Source: Octopus sinensis (Eukaryota). Taken from it: a stretch of DNA of 64,000 nucleotides. The notes beneath the pieces were generated by a model. That model saw only the letters and a program-made list of their open reading frames with translations. It made no database searches and was not told the origin of the DNA. Positions 13,835-27,086 of the stretch are shown here, one piece after another. Positions within the stretch are counted from its first letter, which is position 1. Every line of letters begins with the position of its first letter. Made by a program: the position numbers and the translations under genes. The stretch covers positions 126,356,001 to 126,420,000 of the forward strand of contig NC_043001.1 in the NCBI RefSeq assembly GCF_006345805.1, given 5' to 3'.

Positions 13835-15003
13835 TGTTGTAGTCGTAACTAAGGAAGACGGGTGGAATTATTATTTGTATGGACTTAAAAATTGTTCGCT
13901 ATTTAGTATATAATTTAATTATTGTGGGTTTACTCTTAATACTGATACAGATGTATATTTATTTATATGTTTCGTGTAGTTTAATTTTAAAGTTAGTGTT
14001 TAATCCTGCCTGTATTTAGATTGAATGAATGTGGTTATTAAGCTATCAATTTTATTATACTATGGTAGACTAAAGAGAATAAATGTATGACTCAATGGTT
14101 TGGTTAGTGTTTAGTTATATATTTAAGAGTTGATTATTGATTTACTTATTAATTTGTTCACAGATGCTGCTGTACATAGGGTAAATGTGTTTTGAAATTG
14201 TGGTTTCTTTGATATGTTTGTTCCCAAACAACACTTATTTTAGTGCCGTTGACACCGCCGGTATTGAATGGTACTGCCCAGGTGTCGAAACCACAATGAT
14301 ATCCGTGGGGCATTTGATGATGAGGTATGTTGGAATGTTGGTATGGATGTTTTTGTATATGTGGAATAGTGATATAACACATCCTTTTGATGTGTTTTGT
14401 TGTAATATATATATATATATATTATATATATATATATGTTGTAGTCGTAACTAAGGAAGACGGGTGGAATTATTATTTGTATGGACTTAAAAATTGTTCG
14501 CTATTTAGTATATAATTTAATTATTGTGGGTTTACTCTTAATACTGATACAGATGTATATTTATTTATATGTTTCGTGTAGTTTAATTTTAAAGTTAGTG
14601 TTTAATCCTGCCTGTATTTAGATTGAATGAATGTGGTTATTAAGCTATCAATTTTATTATACTATGGTAGACTAAAGAGAATAAATGTATGACTCAATGG
14701 TTTGGTTAGTGTTTAGTTATATATTTAAGAGTTGATTATTGATTTACTTATTAATTTGTTCACAGATGCTGTTGTACATAGGGTAAATGTGTTTTGAAAT
14801 TGTGGTTTCTTTGATATGTTTGTTCCCAAACAACACTTATTTTAGTGCCGTTGACACCGCCGGGATTGAATGGTACTGCCCAGGTGTCGAAACCACAATG
14901 ATATCCGTGGGGCATTTGATGATGGAGTTATGTTGGAATGTTGGTATGGATGTTTTTGTATATGTGGAATAGTGATATAACACATCCTTTTGATGTGTTT
15001 TGT

Positions 15004-15006
<3 letters not shown>
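13835..15006 (+). repeat. Tandem duplication, two near-identical units (period 602 bp)
   Basis: tgttgtagtcgtaactaagg...gatgtgttttgttgta at 13835-14404 and 14437-15006, separated by (TA)n. Confidence 0.95.
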
Positions 15007-15049
<43 letters not shown>

Positions 15050-15449
15050 CATACATGTATCAAAGTAGGCCCTGATCGACCAAAAACCTATACCCAAGCG
15101 CATTCAGCCCATGTATACCTCATATTTCCTCAGTAATAAAGTATCCTGGACTATGTTAACAAATGTGACATTTGTTTTTTGCCTATTGAAAGTGATTTGG
15201 CTTCTACTTTTTGCATGTCGAGTGACAATGTAGAGTCGTTTCATTGCCTCGTTTAACTAAATGCTGCTTGTTTTATGGTGGGAAGTGTGTGGTGGTTTGT
15301 GTGTATGTATGTGGCGGCGTACTTACAAAAATTGCTTTATTGTCAACATCGTGATGGCAGAAAATTCTTTAGAGTTGAACCTGTCAGTCATGATCTGTTG
15401 TTTCTGATAAGTTTTTTGTTTTCGTTTTATTATTATTATTATAATTATA

Positions 15450-15518
<69 letters not shown>

Positions 15519-16454
15519 GTTTTTCATAATGTTGTTGTTTTCATGGATAAAGATGTTCGCTCACAAATGTCCGTCCGTCGTTCCGGAAGGACAGATGTAA
15601 TTCTGGGCAAATTTTCTTCGTTTTGAAAAATGTTCACAGTGTAATGATCACCAGAAATTCATCATGTCAGCAGCATATGGAACTGACTAGGAATTCTCAT
15701 CAAATTTCAGTTTCAATAATGTGTTTGTTTTCCTGACAAAAGTTTCATCTGTAAGTTATGAGCTATTTTCACGATTTTGTGTGTGTGCGTGTGCGCGTTA
15801 GTGTGCACGTGTGTGTGTGTGTGTGTGTATGTGTGTATGTGTGTGTGTGTGCATGTGCTCATATCTATAGAAGCGAAAATGCGTTAATAGATGTGAGAGC
15901 TTCAGTGCTCTTTAGCATAATCATAAAAAAAATAGTTTGAGATTTCTTTTGCCATAAATAGCGCGACTTCTTATTTATTTTTGTTTTTTGTTACTTGCTT
16001 GAATTATTTGACTGCGGCCATGCTGGGGCACCGCATTGAAGAATTTTAGTCGAACAAATCGACCCCACGACTTCTTCTTCTTTCATGCTTAGTATTTTTT
16101 CTACCGGTGTCTTTCGTCGAACCGCTAAGTTACGGGGACGTGAACATATCAACATCGGTTGTTAAGAGATTGATGTTGGGGGCCAAACAGACACACTTTC
16201 AATTCGCAACATAATCCAGGATAGATTATTCCTGAGGAAATATGAGATAGACATGGGCTGAATGCGCTTGCGCATAGGCTTTTGGTCGATCCTGATACTA
16301 ACAGAAGTAAAGAAAATATATGAAGAAATATCTAAAGATTGTCTTCCGTGTATCTCTCGGCCTCGGAATTAGCGATTCGGGTTTTTTCTGTTATTCGAAA
16401 TGTCGGAACTTCAGACGTGGCTTGTACCTAGAAAACATCTGAAGAGATTTTATA

Positions 16455-16533
16455 GGATGCGCTTATAAGTTGTGCCCCCAACTTTAGGTGAAAATTTCAG
16501 GAAAAAAGTGCGACTTATAGCCGAGTGTATACG
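16455..16533. mobile_element. pogo/Tigger-like transposon terminus
   Basis: aaagtgcgacttatagccgagtgtatacg with an upstream gcgcttata sub-repeat, resembling pogo-type subterminal ends. Confidence 0.4.
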
Positions 16534-16546
16534 ATGTGTGCGTGTG

Positions 16547-16626
<80 letters not shown>

Positions 16627-17719
16627 CAATAATAATTTTACCAGGTAGTCTGTGCAGAGATAAAAACCTCATAGGTAAATTTTACAAAATATTTTATAAT
16701 TATATACATAATTGTGAAAAAGGGACGGGCTTTACGCCTCACCACGCACTGCAACAAATGGACGCTAACGTTCCTACTACCACCTTAAAATCTTTTTAGA
16801 TAACACACTATATTACAGGCGAGCAAAAGAAAAATATTGAAATCCACTCACAAGAATGTTTGTAGGCTAAAGCTATAGTAGAAGACACTTGCTCCAGATG
16901 CCACGCTGTAGGACTGAATCCGAAACCATGTGGTTGGGAAGCAAGCTTCGTACCACACAACCACTTCCGCGGATATATTTTCAGCATATTTAAAAAAATT
17001 ATTCTCAGTAGCACGGAAATTTACTTGTCTAGAAATGAACAAAATTTAGATCAGTATCGTGGCTATTAACATCGATTAAACAGGCTAAATGTAATAGTCG
17101 ATAGCCAGTTGTTATCACATTAGAAAGGGATCTTTCTTTTAAGCGGTATATAGTTTTCGCTTCTACAGTTTCTAAAATCTCTAATCGGAAAATCCAGCGC
17201 ATCTCGCAATTAAACACAAAATCTCCACATTCTTAATAAACATTTCCCATTTTTCTTTGAATTCTCATTTGCTCTAATCATATTCAGTTTTTTTTTTAAA
17301 TCTTTTTTGAACTGTTAATATATAACACGATGCAAACTAAAAGTTTTTTGTCTGCATAAAAACGCAGGCGTTGTTGTGTGGAAAGAATTTTGCTTGTCAG
17401 TCACACGGTTCCGGGTTCAGTCTCACTGCACTGCATAACCTCAAGCCGACCAGAGCCTTGTGAGTGGAATTGGTAGATGCAACCTGAAAGAAGCCCGTCA
17501 TATATATACATATATGTGTAAAATAATATGTGACAATTATTCGGTAGCCAAGATAGAACTCTGAGTTTCGGATGCCGAGGTGGCATCGCCTGTAATATAG
17601 TGTGTTTTTCTCGAAGATTTTAAGGTGGTAGTAGGAACGTTAGCGTCCATTTGTTGCAGTGCGTGGTAAGGCAATAAAGCGCGTCCCTTGTTATAATTAT
17701 GTATATAATTATTAAATTA

Positions 17720-17771
<52 letters not shown>

Positions 17772-18701
17772 TTTTATAATATGTATATGTGTGTGTGAGT
17801 GTGTGTGTGTGTGTTTGTCCTCCACCACCGCTTGACAACTGGCGTCGGTGTGTTTACGTCCTCGTAACTTAGCGTTTCAGCAGAAGAGACCGACATAATA
17901 AGTACCAGGCTTTAAAAAAGAAATAAGCCCTAAGATCGATTCATTCGACTAAAATACATTGAAAGGCAGCGCTCCTGCATGACCACAGTCTAATAACTAA
18001 AACAAGTCAAAGATAAAAGATAAGAAAGATTCTTGCTGTAGATATGAGTAGAGAGGGAGATCTGAAACGTTTCCGAATAAAATTGTAATCTCAACTGATT
18101 TACTGATCATTGACAGCGGTTCATCAGTACGAATATTAATGTAATTTAATTTTATATTTCCCAAAAATCACTTTACTTTGTCAAACACGCCTGAACCTGC
18201 CATTTATCCGTGAAGAACTTGACTCAAGCCGAGAATGTTCTTCTAAGACACTAAAATTGTTATTAATTTATTTCTCTTCTAAATATAGCTGATTTGATGA
18301 TATCACATACAAAGCTAAAGAAAATAAAGTTAAACCTCACAAAAGAAGCTTTCTGGTTACTCGTATACATTACAAAAGAGTCCTTTAGTGTATCTCATGT
18401 TTGATTTGTTTCAAGGCTATTTCGTCCAGTTTTCTTCTTAAATTTTTATCTCATGCATATCTTGCTAATATTTGAAGAAAATGTATAACAACTTCTTTTC
18501 CATCAAGGAATGACATCCGTTTTCTATCCAACGCTAATGAAATTTCATAGAACCATTCTTTGTCACCAAATTTTCACAGCTTCTTCAAAAGAAATATTTT
18601 GTCTTGTTTTATTCCTTTTTTAAAATCATGTATTCTATCTATAACTCCATTTTCACGCTGTAACTCTAGTTTTCCCCACTATTTAAACAAATGTTGTTTC
18701 G

Positions 18702-19085
18702 TAGGAGTGGCTGTGTGGTAAGTAGCTTGCTTACCAACCACATTGTTCCGGGTTCAGTCCCACTGCGTAGCACATTGGGTGTCTTCTACTATAGCCTCGG
18801 GCCAACCAAAGCCTTGTGAGTGGATTTGGTAAACGGAAACTAAAAGTACGTCGTGTATATGTATATATATATATATATGTATGTGTGTCTGTGTTTGTCC
18901 ACCTAACATCGCTTGAGAATCGATGCTGGTGTGCTTACATCCCCGTAACTTAGCGGTTCGGCAAAAGAGACCGATAGAATAACTACTAGGCTTACAGAAA
19001 ATAAGTCCTGGGGTCGATTTGTTCGACTAGAGGCGGTGCTCTAGCATGGCCACAGTAACATGACTGAAACAAGAAAAAGTGTAAA
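18702..19085 (+). mobile_element. Bipartite tRNA-derived SINE (head, internal microsatellite, conserved tail); representative copy
   Basis: tggctgtgtggtaag (A box), ggttcagtccc (B box), gccttgtgagtggatttggt and tail ccccgtaacttagcggttcggc...gcatggcc.cagt. Other partial or complete copies at about 200-770(+), 8025-8178(-), 15990-16195(-), 16840-16970(-), 17365-18025(+), 29896-30575(+), 41140-41325(+), 54890-55110(-), 55252-55348(+), 56330-56690. Confidence 0.9.
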
Positions 19086-21038
19086 AGAGAGGTTCTCCCG
19101 AAGGACCCACTGTAAATAAGAGTTCATATTCATTTTGTTCATTGAATTTTTATCCGTTATTGCTTTCTTCTTTTGCTCATTTTCTTTTGCCCCGTAACGT
19201 GTAAAATACTGAGATTTAACCTCAGCAATCACATTGCTCCTACCTATTATAAACTAGCAACACGTCTCCGACATTGCTTCACTCTGATGATAAGACTGTA
19301 TAGCTTGTGGAAATGTTGATGATAGGTTTAGGAACTTTACTGATCTAAAGAAACTGCAACTGGACAAAGTTGTCCTATATATACAAGAATAAAATTAGCA
19401 AAATGACCACAACTCAAGTGTCTTTCTATTTCCATAATCCTTCAAATCCTCACCAGACCCATAAACATCCTACCTAGACTTCACTCACAGGAAAACCGCC
19501 CAACTTTGCGATATGCAATTGTTCACCGTCCCATTCCAACATCTGGGTAGTAGACGAGCTTCCCCATCTCTATGTCACTTGTAGTGATGCTGCAATGGCC
19601 CCTATTCCTCAGAGGTGGTTGGTTCCGTACAAACTTCTTTTTGGCACTCTTCACTAATTCAACTCTCCACCTTTCGACATCTTCATTATGTCCTTACCTA
19701 GGCCTCACTTTCAGTAGTTATACACTCCAAAATTTCAACCTGCCACCTTGCTAATGTTTTTTTCCTGCATCCGGCGATTTGAATCAGCATCAACCTCACC
19801 GATATCAGAATGTCTGCGAACGCAACGGAGTCACGGCCAACACCGAACGACCATTCATTCTGAAAATAGAAACACGATGACCGGCACTATAATACTTTCT
19901 AAAAAAGGCACTAGGCCTGAAATTTGTGGGGGACTTCACTAGTGCTTAATTTATCGACTTCGAAATGATGAAAGGCAAAGTCGACCTCAGCGGAATTTGA
20001 ACTCAGAACATAAATATTTCTTTATTGCCCACAAGGGGCTAAACATCGAGCTCAGTGCGAAACTGATACTTTATTTATCGACCCCGAAAGGTTGAAAGGC
20101 AAAGTCGACCTCGGCGGAATTTGAACTCAGAACGTAACGGCAAACGAAATACCGCTAAGTATTTCGTCCGGCGTGCTAACGATTCTGACCGCTCGCACTG
20201 CTACCACCACAACCACCACCAGTATTATAGCTTCTGCTCTACCCCTCCCCCGCTGTCACCACAACAACTACCAGCTGTACACCTGTTTCCACCGTCACCA
20301 ACACTGCAAATATCATCAGTCTTGACCACCATGGCCACCACCTCCGCCGCCACCACAACGGTCACTAGCAGCACTCTTATCACCACCACCGTCGCTAGAA
20401 CCACCTACACTACTACCATCACTGCAAGTACTACTACCTCCACCACCACCACCAACACCAACACCACCAACACCACTACTACCATCACATACATCACTAA
20501 TCTCCATCACGAAGATAACTGCCATGGTCACTACCATAACCACCACCTCCACCACTACCACCACAACAACAACAAAAATAACTAGTAGGAAAGCAGAAAA
20601 ATATAACCCTCGTTAAACGCTAATGATCGTAATAATTTATATCCCTCACGTAGCAGACCGATTAATGCTACACTAATAACAACAGCAGCAGTGGTAGCAG
20701 CAGTAGTAGCAGCTACAACAATAACAACAATAACAACAACAACTGTCAATAACGAGAACAACAGTCACAAATATTTATCCATACACCGAACAAACCCCAC
20801 TCAATCTCCACTTTATTTTTCCCTTTTTATTTTTTCATCAAACCACAGGACACGAGAACACAGTTTTTTTTTGGGGGGGGGCTTTACATTTATCATCCAT
20901 GACCACCACCACCACCACCAACACCGCGACTACAACCACCACCATAATCAGGCTCCACGCCACATTTTCACCAGTTGTAATACTTCACCCATATCTCCGT
21001 CTACATCTGTCTTCTTGTAGCCAGATCTGTCTCTCTGG

Positions 21039-21147
<109 letters not shown>

Positions 21148-22552
21148 CAACCATCCATCCATCCATCCATCCAACCATCCGTCCGTCCGTCCGTCCGTCC
21201 GTCCGTCTGTCTGTCTGTCTTACCGTCCGTCCGTTCGTCCGTCTGTCTGTCTGTCTGTCTATCTATTTTTATTCTCTCCTTCCTAATCCCTTCCCTCCCT
21301 AAAACTGCAAACGATCTCAGTGACCGTCCCATCACTATCACCAAACGTCACTACACACACACACACATACACACACATACAAACACAAACACACACAGAG
21401 ACGCGCGTGCGCACACACACACACACACAGACACACACACACACACACACACCACACACACACAGAGTTACAGTTATAACTTCTGACCTCTGACCTCTGA
21501 CCTCAAACCCAACTAAAATAAAAGAAAGACAAATCAAATAGCTAAAATATCAAAAATAGCGACCGAAATTCATTCATACACCAACCTCGACCTCAAAACC
21601 CAACCCTCAGAACCACCGTCACTACCACTCAAAAACCACTGCAACTACAATTCAACCAGTCACTACTACTCTCCAGCCTGTACCACTATCGCTCTTCCAC
21701 TACTACCACTATCGTTAATCAACATCTGCCACCACCACTCTAAGACAATACCACAACTACCATCACTACTACCATTCGGTCATGGATACGAGTCTGTAGG
21801 TGGTAATTCATTCAGCTCGCTAGAAATTGTAGTCAAAACACGTTCAAATCACACAGCGTCTTCTTTGTTAGTATCGCATTAGATAATGTGGATCTAGAGA
21901 TTCATGCACGTAGATCAAAAAAGGTCAGTATAGTCACGGTTTGAATAACTCTGATTACTATAGAAATGCTATGAGCGGCGAGCTGGCAGAGTCGTTAACA
22001 CGCCGGACAAAAACTTAGCAGCACTTCGTCCGTCTTTACGTTCTGAGTCCAAATTCCCACGAGATTGTCTCCGCCTTTCATCCTTTTAGGATCGACAAAA
22101 TAAGTGATCGACTTATTCTTTACCCTCGAAATTGCTGGCATTGTGCCGAAATTTGAAACCATTATTATAGATAAGCTGAGGGCGGCGAGCTGGCATGGCA
22201 GACTCGTTAGCACATTGGACGAAATGCTGAGCAGCGTTTCATACGTCTTTACGTTCTGGGTTTAAACTCCGCCGCGAACGACTGTGCCTTTCATCCTTTT
22301 GGGGTCGACAAAATAAGTAGCAGTTGAGGGGACTTTTCTGTTTAGCTACCACTTTTCAATTTTTTTTTCCAACCGATTTCATATTTGGTGTGTTGATGTA
22401 GTTTTGTATGGTAATCATTAACAGGAAATTCATTTTCGCCGTAGTCGACTAACCTCATCCCCTAAAATTACTGGCGTTGTGCCAACATTTGAAACTGTTA
22501 TTAAAAGTCTGCTGGATCAGAACAAACCTGGAGTTAAACATCAACATCATAT

Positions 22553-22945
22553 AGGCGCAGGGGTGGCTGTGTGGTAAGTAGCTTGCTTACCAATCACATG
22601 GTTCCGGGTTCATTCCGGGCAAGTGTCTTCTACTATAGCCTTGGGCCGACCAAAGCCTTGTGAGTGAATTTGGTAGAGGAAACCCAAAGACGTCCGTCGT
22701 GTATATATATATATATATATATGAATATATATGTATGTGTGTGTATACGTTTGTGTGTCTATGTTTGTCACGGTGTTGGTGTGTTTACGTCCCCGTAACT
22801 TAGCGGTTCGGCAAAACAGACCGATAGAACAAGTACTAGGCTTCCAAAGAATAAGTCTTGGGGGTCGATTTGCTCGACTAAAGGCGTTGCTCCAGCATGG
22901 CCGCAGTCAAATGACTGAAATAAGTAAAAGAGTAAAGAGTAAGAG
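22553..22945 (+). mobile_element. Bipartite tRNA-derived SINE
   Basis: Same head and tail motifs as 18702-19085. Confidence 0.9.
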
Positions 22946-23398
22946 TATACAACAGCTGTAATTTCAGCCATTAATCACAGTAAACACCAGACACCACCAC
23001 CACCACCAGGCACCACGACCACGACCACCACGACCACCACCACCACCACCACCACAACCACCACCACCACCACCACTATTGCCAATGCACTGCCGCTGTC
23101 AGCGTCATCTCCATTAACGCCACCAAAGCACACTACATCAGTTCACAGATTAATTAGATGTTAGCTATTGAGTGTCAGTTAAACGAAGGAAAGAAAGAAG
23201 TTGGGATTACGACAAAGGGGACAGTCGACGCCCTTTAAGCGAGGAAGTTTTTAGACGAAATGAATATAAATAAATATTCGAGGTGTATTATGTGTGTGTG
23301 AGTGTGCGGGTAGAGGTGATTGTGGCGGTAGTGGTGGCAGTGGATGGAGAGGTATGTTGGAGAATCTGAATGGAAGCGGAGAATATTAAAGAGAATTG

Positions 23399-23429
<31 letters not shown>

Positions 23430-23435
23430 TGTGTG

Positions 23436-23479
<44 letters not shown>

Positions 23480-23691
23480 TGAGTGTTTGCTAACAGAGAG
23501 AGAGGAAGTTGAAGCAAATACATTTAGATAATTTTCCGTCAATTTTACACATTTAAATGATCTTCCATTAATCTGTATCTATGCCCCTAGCAATATCTCC
23601 AAGAAAATTATACACCCTGGAGAAATCTGAGTGAAAAGTGTATCCATATGTGCGTGTGTGTGTGTATGTAAGATGATTCAATATTATGTAT

Positions 23692-24450
23692 AGGCGCAGG
23701 CGTGCATGTGTGGTAAGAAGGTTGCTTTCCAACCACATGGTTCGGCGTTCAGTCCGACTGTGTGGAAGAACTCCGTCGGTTACGACGACGAGGGTTCCGG
23801 TTGATCCGATCAACGGAACAGCCTGCTCGTGAAATTAACGTGTAAGTGGCTGAGCGCTCCATAGACACGTGTACCCTTAACGTAGTTCTCGGGGATATTC
23901 AGCGTGACACAGAGTGTGACAAGGCCGGCCCTTTGAAATACAGGTACAACAGAAACAGGAAGTAAGAGTGAGAGAAAGTTGTGGTGAAAGAGTACAGCAG
24001 GGATCGCCACCACCCCCTGCCGGAGCCTCGTGGAACTTTAGGTGTTTTCGCTCAATAAACACTCACAACGTCCGGTCTGGGAATCGAAACCGCGATCCTA
24101 TGACCGCGAGTCCGCTGCCCTAACCACTAGGCCATTGCGCCTCCACATTCCGACTGTGTGGCACCATGGGCAAATGTATTCTACTATAGCCTCGTGGAGG
24201 CCAAAGCCTTGTGAATAAATTTCTTTGTCGGTAACTGAAACAAGCTCGTCAAATATATATGTTCCCCACTTGACAACCGGTATTGATATTTTTACGTCCT
24301 CGTAACTTAGCCGTTCGGCAAAAGAAAATGATAGAATAAGTACCAGGGTTAAAAAAAAAAAAAAGTACTGAAGTTGATTCATTCGACTAAAAATACTTCT
24401 AGCTGGTGCCCCACCATGACCGCACTCTGAGAACTGAAACAAGTAATCAG
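23692..24450 (+). mobile_element. Bipartite tRNA-derived SINE split by the OR-like SINE
   Basis: Head at 23692-23765; the body resumes at 24148 (gcaccatgggcaaatgtattctactatagcc) and the tail runs to about 24450. Confidence 0.85.
23762..24146 (-). mobile_element. Young tRNA-derived SINE (about 385 bp, octopus OR-like), nested in an older SINE
   Basis: A box TGGCCTAGTGG and B box GGTTTCGATTCC. Highly similar to three other copies here. TSD of about 13 bp, tccgactgtgtgg. Confidence 0.9.
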
Positions 24451-24498
24451 TAAAAAAAAAAAAAGAAATAGAATGTATATGAATTTATCCATCTATCC

Positions 24499-24586
<88 letters not shown>

Positions 24587-24592
24587 CTCTAC

Positions 24593-24628
<36 letters not shown>

Positions 24629-25057
24629 ATATCTATCTATCTATCTATCTATCTACCTACCTAATGTTTCTCTTAGGGCTAGTAATACCTAGTGTAACGC
24701 TAGATATGGCCATCCCTGACAAATATATACATTGAGATCTAAGAACTCAAGGTATATAAATGCTTCAGAATAAAGTGCTGGTCAAGTACAGAGCGTAATG
24801 TGAAGTTTACTGAAGGACAAATCAACAGGAAATTGCGCATTGAATTTCATTAATTTACGGCACTTTCAGCCATAAGGTGCAGTGCACTCAGAGCTGAGTG
24901 CTTGTGGATCACCTTATAGCTTCCTCAGAACTTCTAATATAAATTGCAAGCTCTGATGAAGCAATAAAGCGATGCACAAGCACCCCGCTCTCTGTGCACT
25001 GCATCTTGTAGCTGAGACGGTTGTAAATTCATTGCATAATTTTTGCTGTTCACTCGT

Positions 25058-25088
<31 letters not shown>

Positions 25089-25471
25089 AAGCACACACAA
25101 ATATTGGTGGTGTTTATCGCCACTTTAACGTGGGTGTTCTGTAAGAGATGATGATATCTGTGTTTTAACTCCATCTGATTTATTCGATGCGCTTTCCGCA
25201 CTCGATATATATTGCAAATGGGAGATAACCCCTGCCACCCTAGCTTCGAGACCGCCAGATGATTTCGATCTTATTGGATCTCTTCGGTTGTGGGTACTCA
25301 TATGCCAAACATGGCAGTAGCTTAACCTCTCTTGCAATATATAGAAAATACAGCGTCATACAATCACTGATTTTGTAACCAGGAAACTAATCAGTTACAA
25401 AATCTTTGTTCGAGATGTGTGTCTGTGTGTGTGTATGTGTACACAGACACGCATGCACACACACACAAACA

Positions 25472-25520
<49 letters not shown>

Positions 25521-25523
25521 CAT

Positions 25524-25583
<60 letters not shown>

Positions 25584-25773
25584 ATGTGTATATATATGTT
25601 TATATATATATACAGACGCACGCACGCGCGTGCACAGACTCACGCACACATGTACAAACGCACGCATATTATTTAAAACAGTTTGACTCGGCTCCATGCG
25701 ACATAAAGATTCACAGGCTTGCGAAACTTCGCATGGAGCCGAATCAAACCGTTTTAAGTAATATATCTAACTC

Positions 25774-25818
<45 letters not shown>

Positions 25819-25944
25819 CCAAGGCATTTTTCTAACACGCCAGCTCAAAGTTTACTCGTCCTGACTAAAGACGCCTGTCTGTGTCGTTTGTATTGTGTAG
25901 AGTGACCATAGTGGGTAGTAATATTGAAGGTGAGACCTGGTAAA

Positions 25945-26561
25945 AGTAATGCAAAATTTCATGTTGGCTCTTTGTTCCAACTTCCTGTCCATGACAAAAT
26001 CGCAGATTACAGTATACACGTAATCACAAAAGCACAAATTTCGCAATTTGCGAAGTAAACACTGCAAGGTCACTAGGAACACTGTCTCATGAAGGTCACT
26101 GCTAGCTCTCACTGTGCACGTAACTGTGTGGTGTTATCTCGTGAAGGCGCAATGGCCCAGTGGTTAGGGCAGCGGACTCGCGGTCGTAGGATCGCGGTTT
26201 CCATTCCCAGACCGGGCGTTGTGAGTGTTTATTGAGCGAAAACACCTAAAGCTCCACGAGGCTCCGGCAGGGGATGGTTGTGATCCCTGCTGTACTCTTT
26301 CACCACAACTTTCTCTCACTCTTACTTCCTGTTTCTGTTGTACCTGTATTTCAAAGGGCCAGCCTTGTCACTCTCTGTGTCACGCTGAATATCCCCGAGA
26401 ACTACGTTAAGGGTACACGTGTCTGTGGAGTGCTCGGCCACTTACACGTTAATTTCGTGAGCAGGCTGTTCTGTTGATCGGATCAACCGGAACCCTTGTT
26501 GTGGTGTTATCTGTTGCGGTATTACTGAACTAGTCCGGGAACTTTTTGATACAACCTCGTA
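25945..26561 (-). mobile_element. Mariner 5' end interrupted by a SINE
   Basis: TIR-like TACGAGGTTGTATCAAAAAGTTCCCGGA (reverse complement of 26534-26561). The transposase-like start MDRKLEQRANMKFC lies at about 25993-25950. Confidence 0.7.
26142..26499 (+). mobile_element. Young tRNA-derived SINE (OR-like), inserted in a mariner relic
   Basis: Same family as 23762-24146; TSD tgtggtgttatct on both sides. Confidence 0.9.
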
Positions 26562-26945
26562 AGTATTGGCCCTATGTTTGGAAAATAGTTCTTCACACCT
26601 ATCCGTTAAGTGTGGCTCTTCTATGACATTAAAATATTTGGTGCGGCTATTTTGTTTAGAACTTTCCTCGTATTACGAAATGTTATGATACTCGAAAGGA
26701 ATTTTCTTTCATCTCCTTACACTGTTGAAAGAGGTTTAGCTACAATAAGTAACGAACAATAAAAAAGTGACTTTGCTAAACAGAGCAGCTTTTAATGGGA
26801 AGTTTTTATAATATTTTCGCATATTCCTGAATTTCACATAATAGAACATATGTTTTGATGATTAGCACGATTTTGTAAAACTATCGGCAACAAGAGAAAT
26901 TTAAGAAGAAAGAAATCGTTGGTTTGAAATCTAAGACATAAAATA

Positions 26946-27086
26946 TTAGGTTGTCCCAAAAGTTCGTAAACACTTGCGAAAATTGAATTTTTACTCGCCA
27001 AGTACTAACAAAAACAACAAAAATTATTCCTCAAAATAAAGACCATTATTTTCCAAGACTTTCTACGAACTTTTGGGACAACCTTA
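26946..27086. mobile_element. Mariner-type MITE
   Basis: 23-bp TIRs TTAGGTTGTCCCAAAAGTTCGTA / TACGAACTTTTGGGACAACCTTA with TA on both flanks. Confidence 0.85.

Noticed and set aside
14240-14315. GACACC/GGTGTC-GAAA-CCAC/GTGG three-way-junction-like fold (duplicated at about 14845-14915)
   Set aside because: No CUGANGA core and no UH cleavage site.
19440-19860. GC-richer patch with faint non-LTR-like peptide on the minus strand (LARWQVE)
   Set aside because: Too degraded to assign without an alignment.
20121-20585. Thr-rich mucin-like ORF
   Set aside because: Degenerate (ACC/ACT)n microsatellite whose frame begins inside a SINE.
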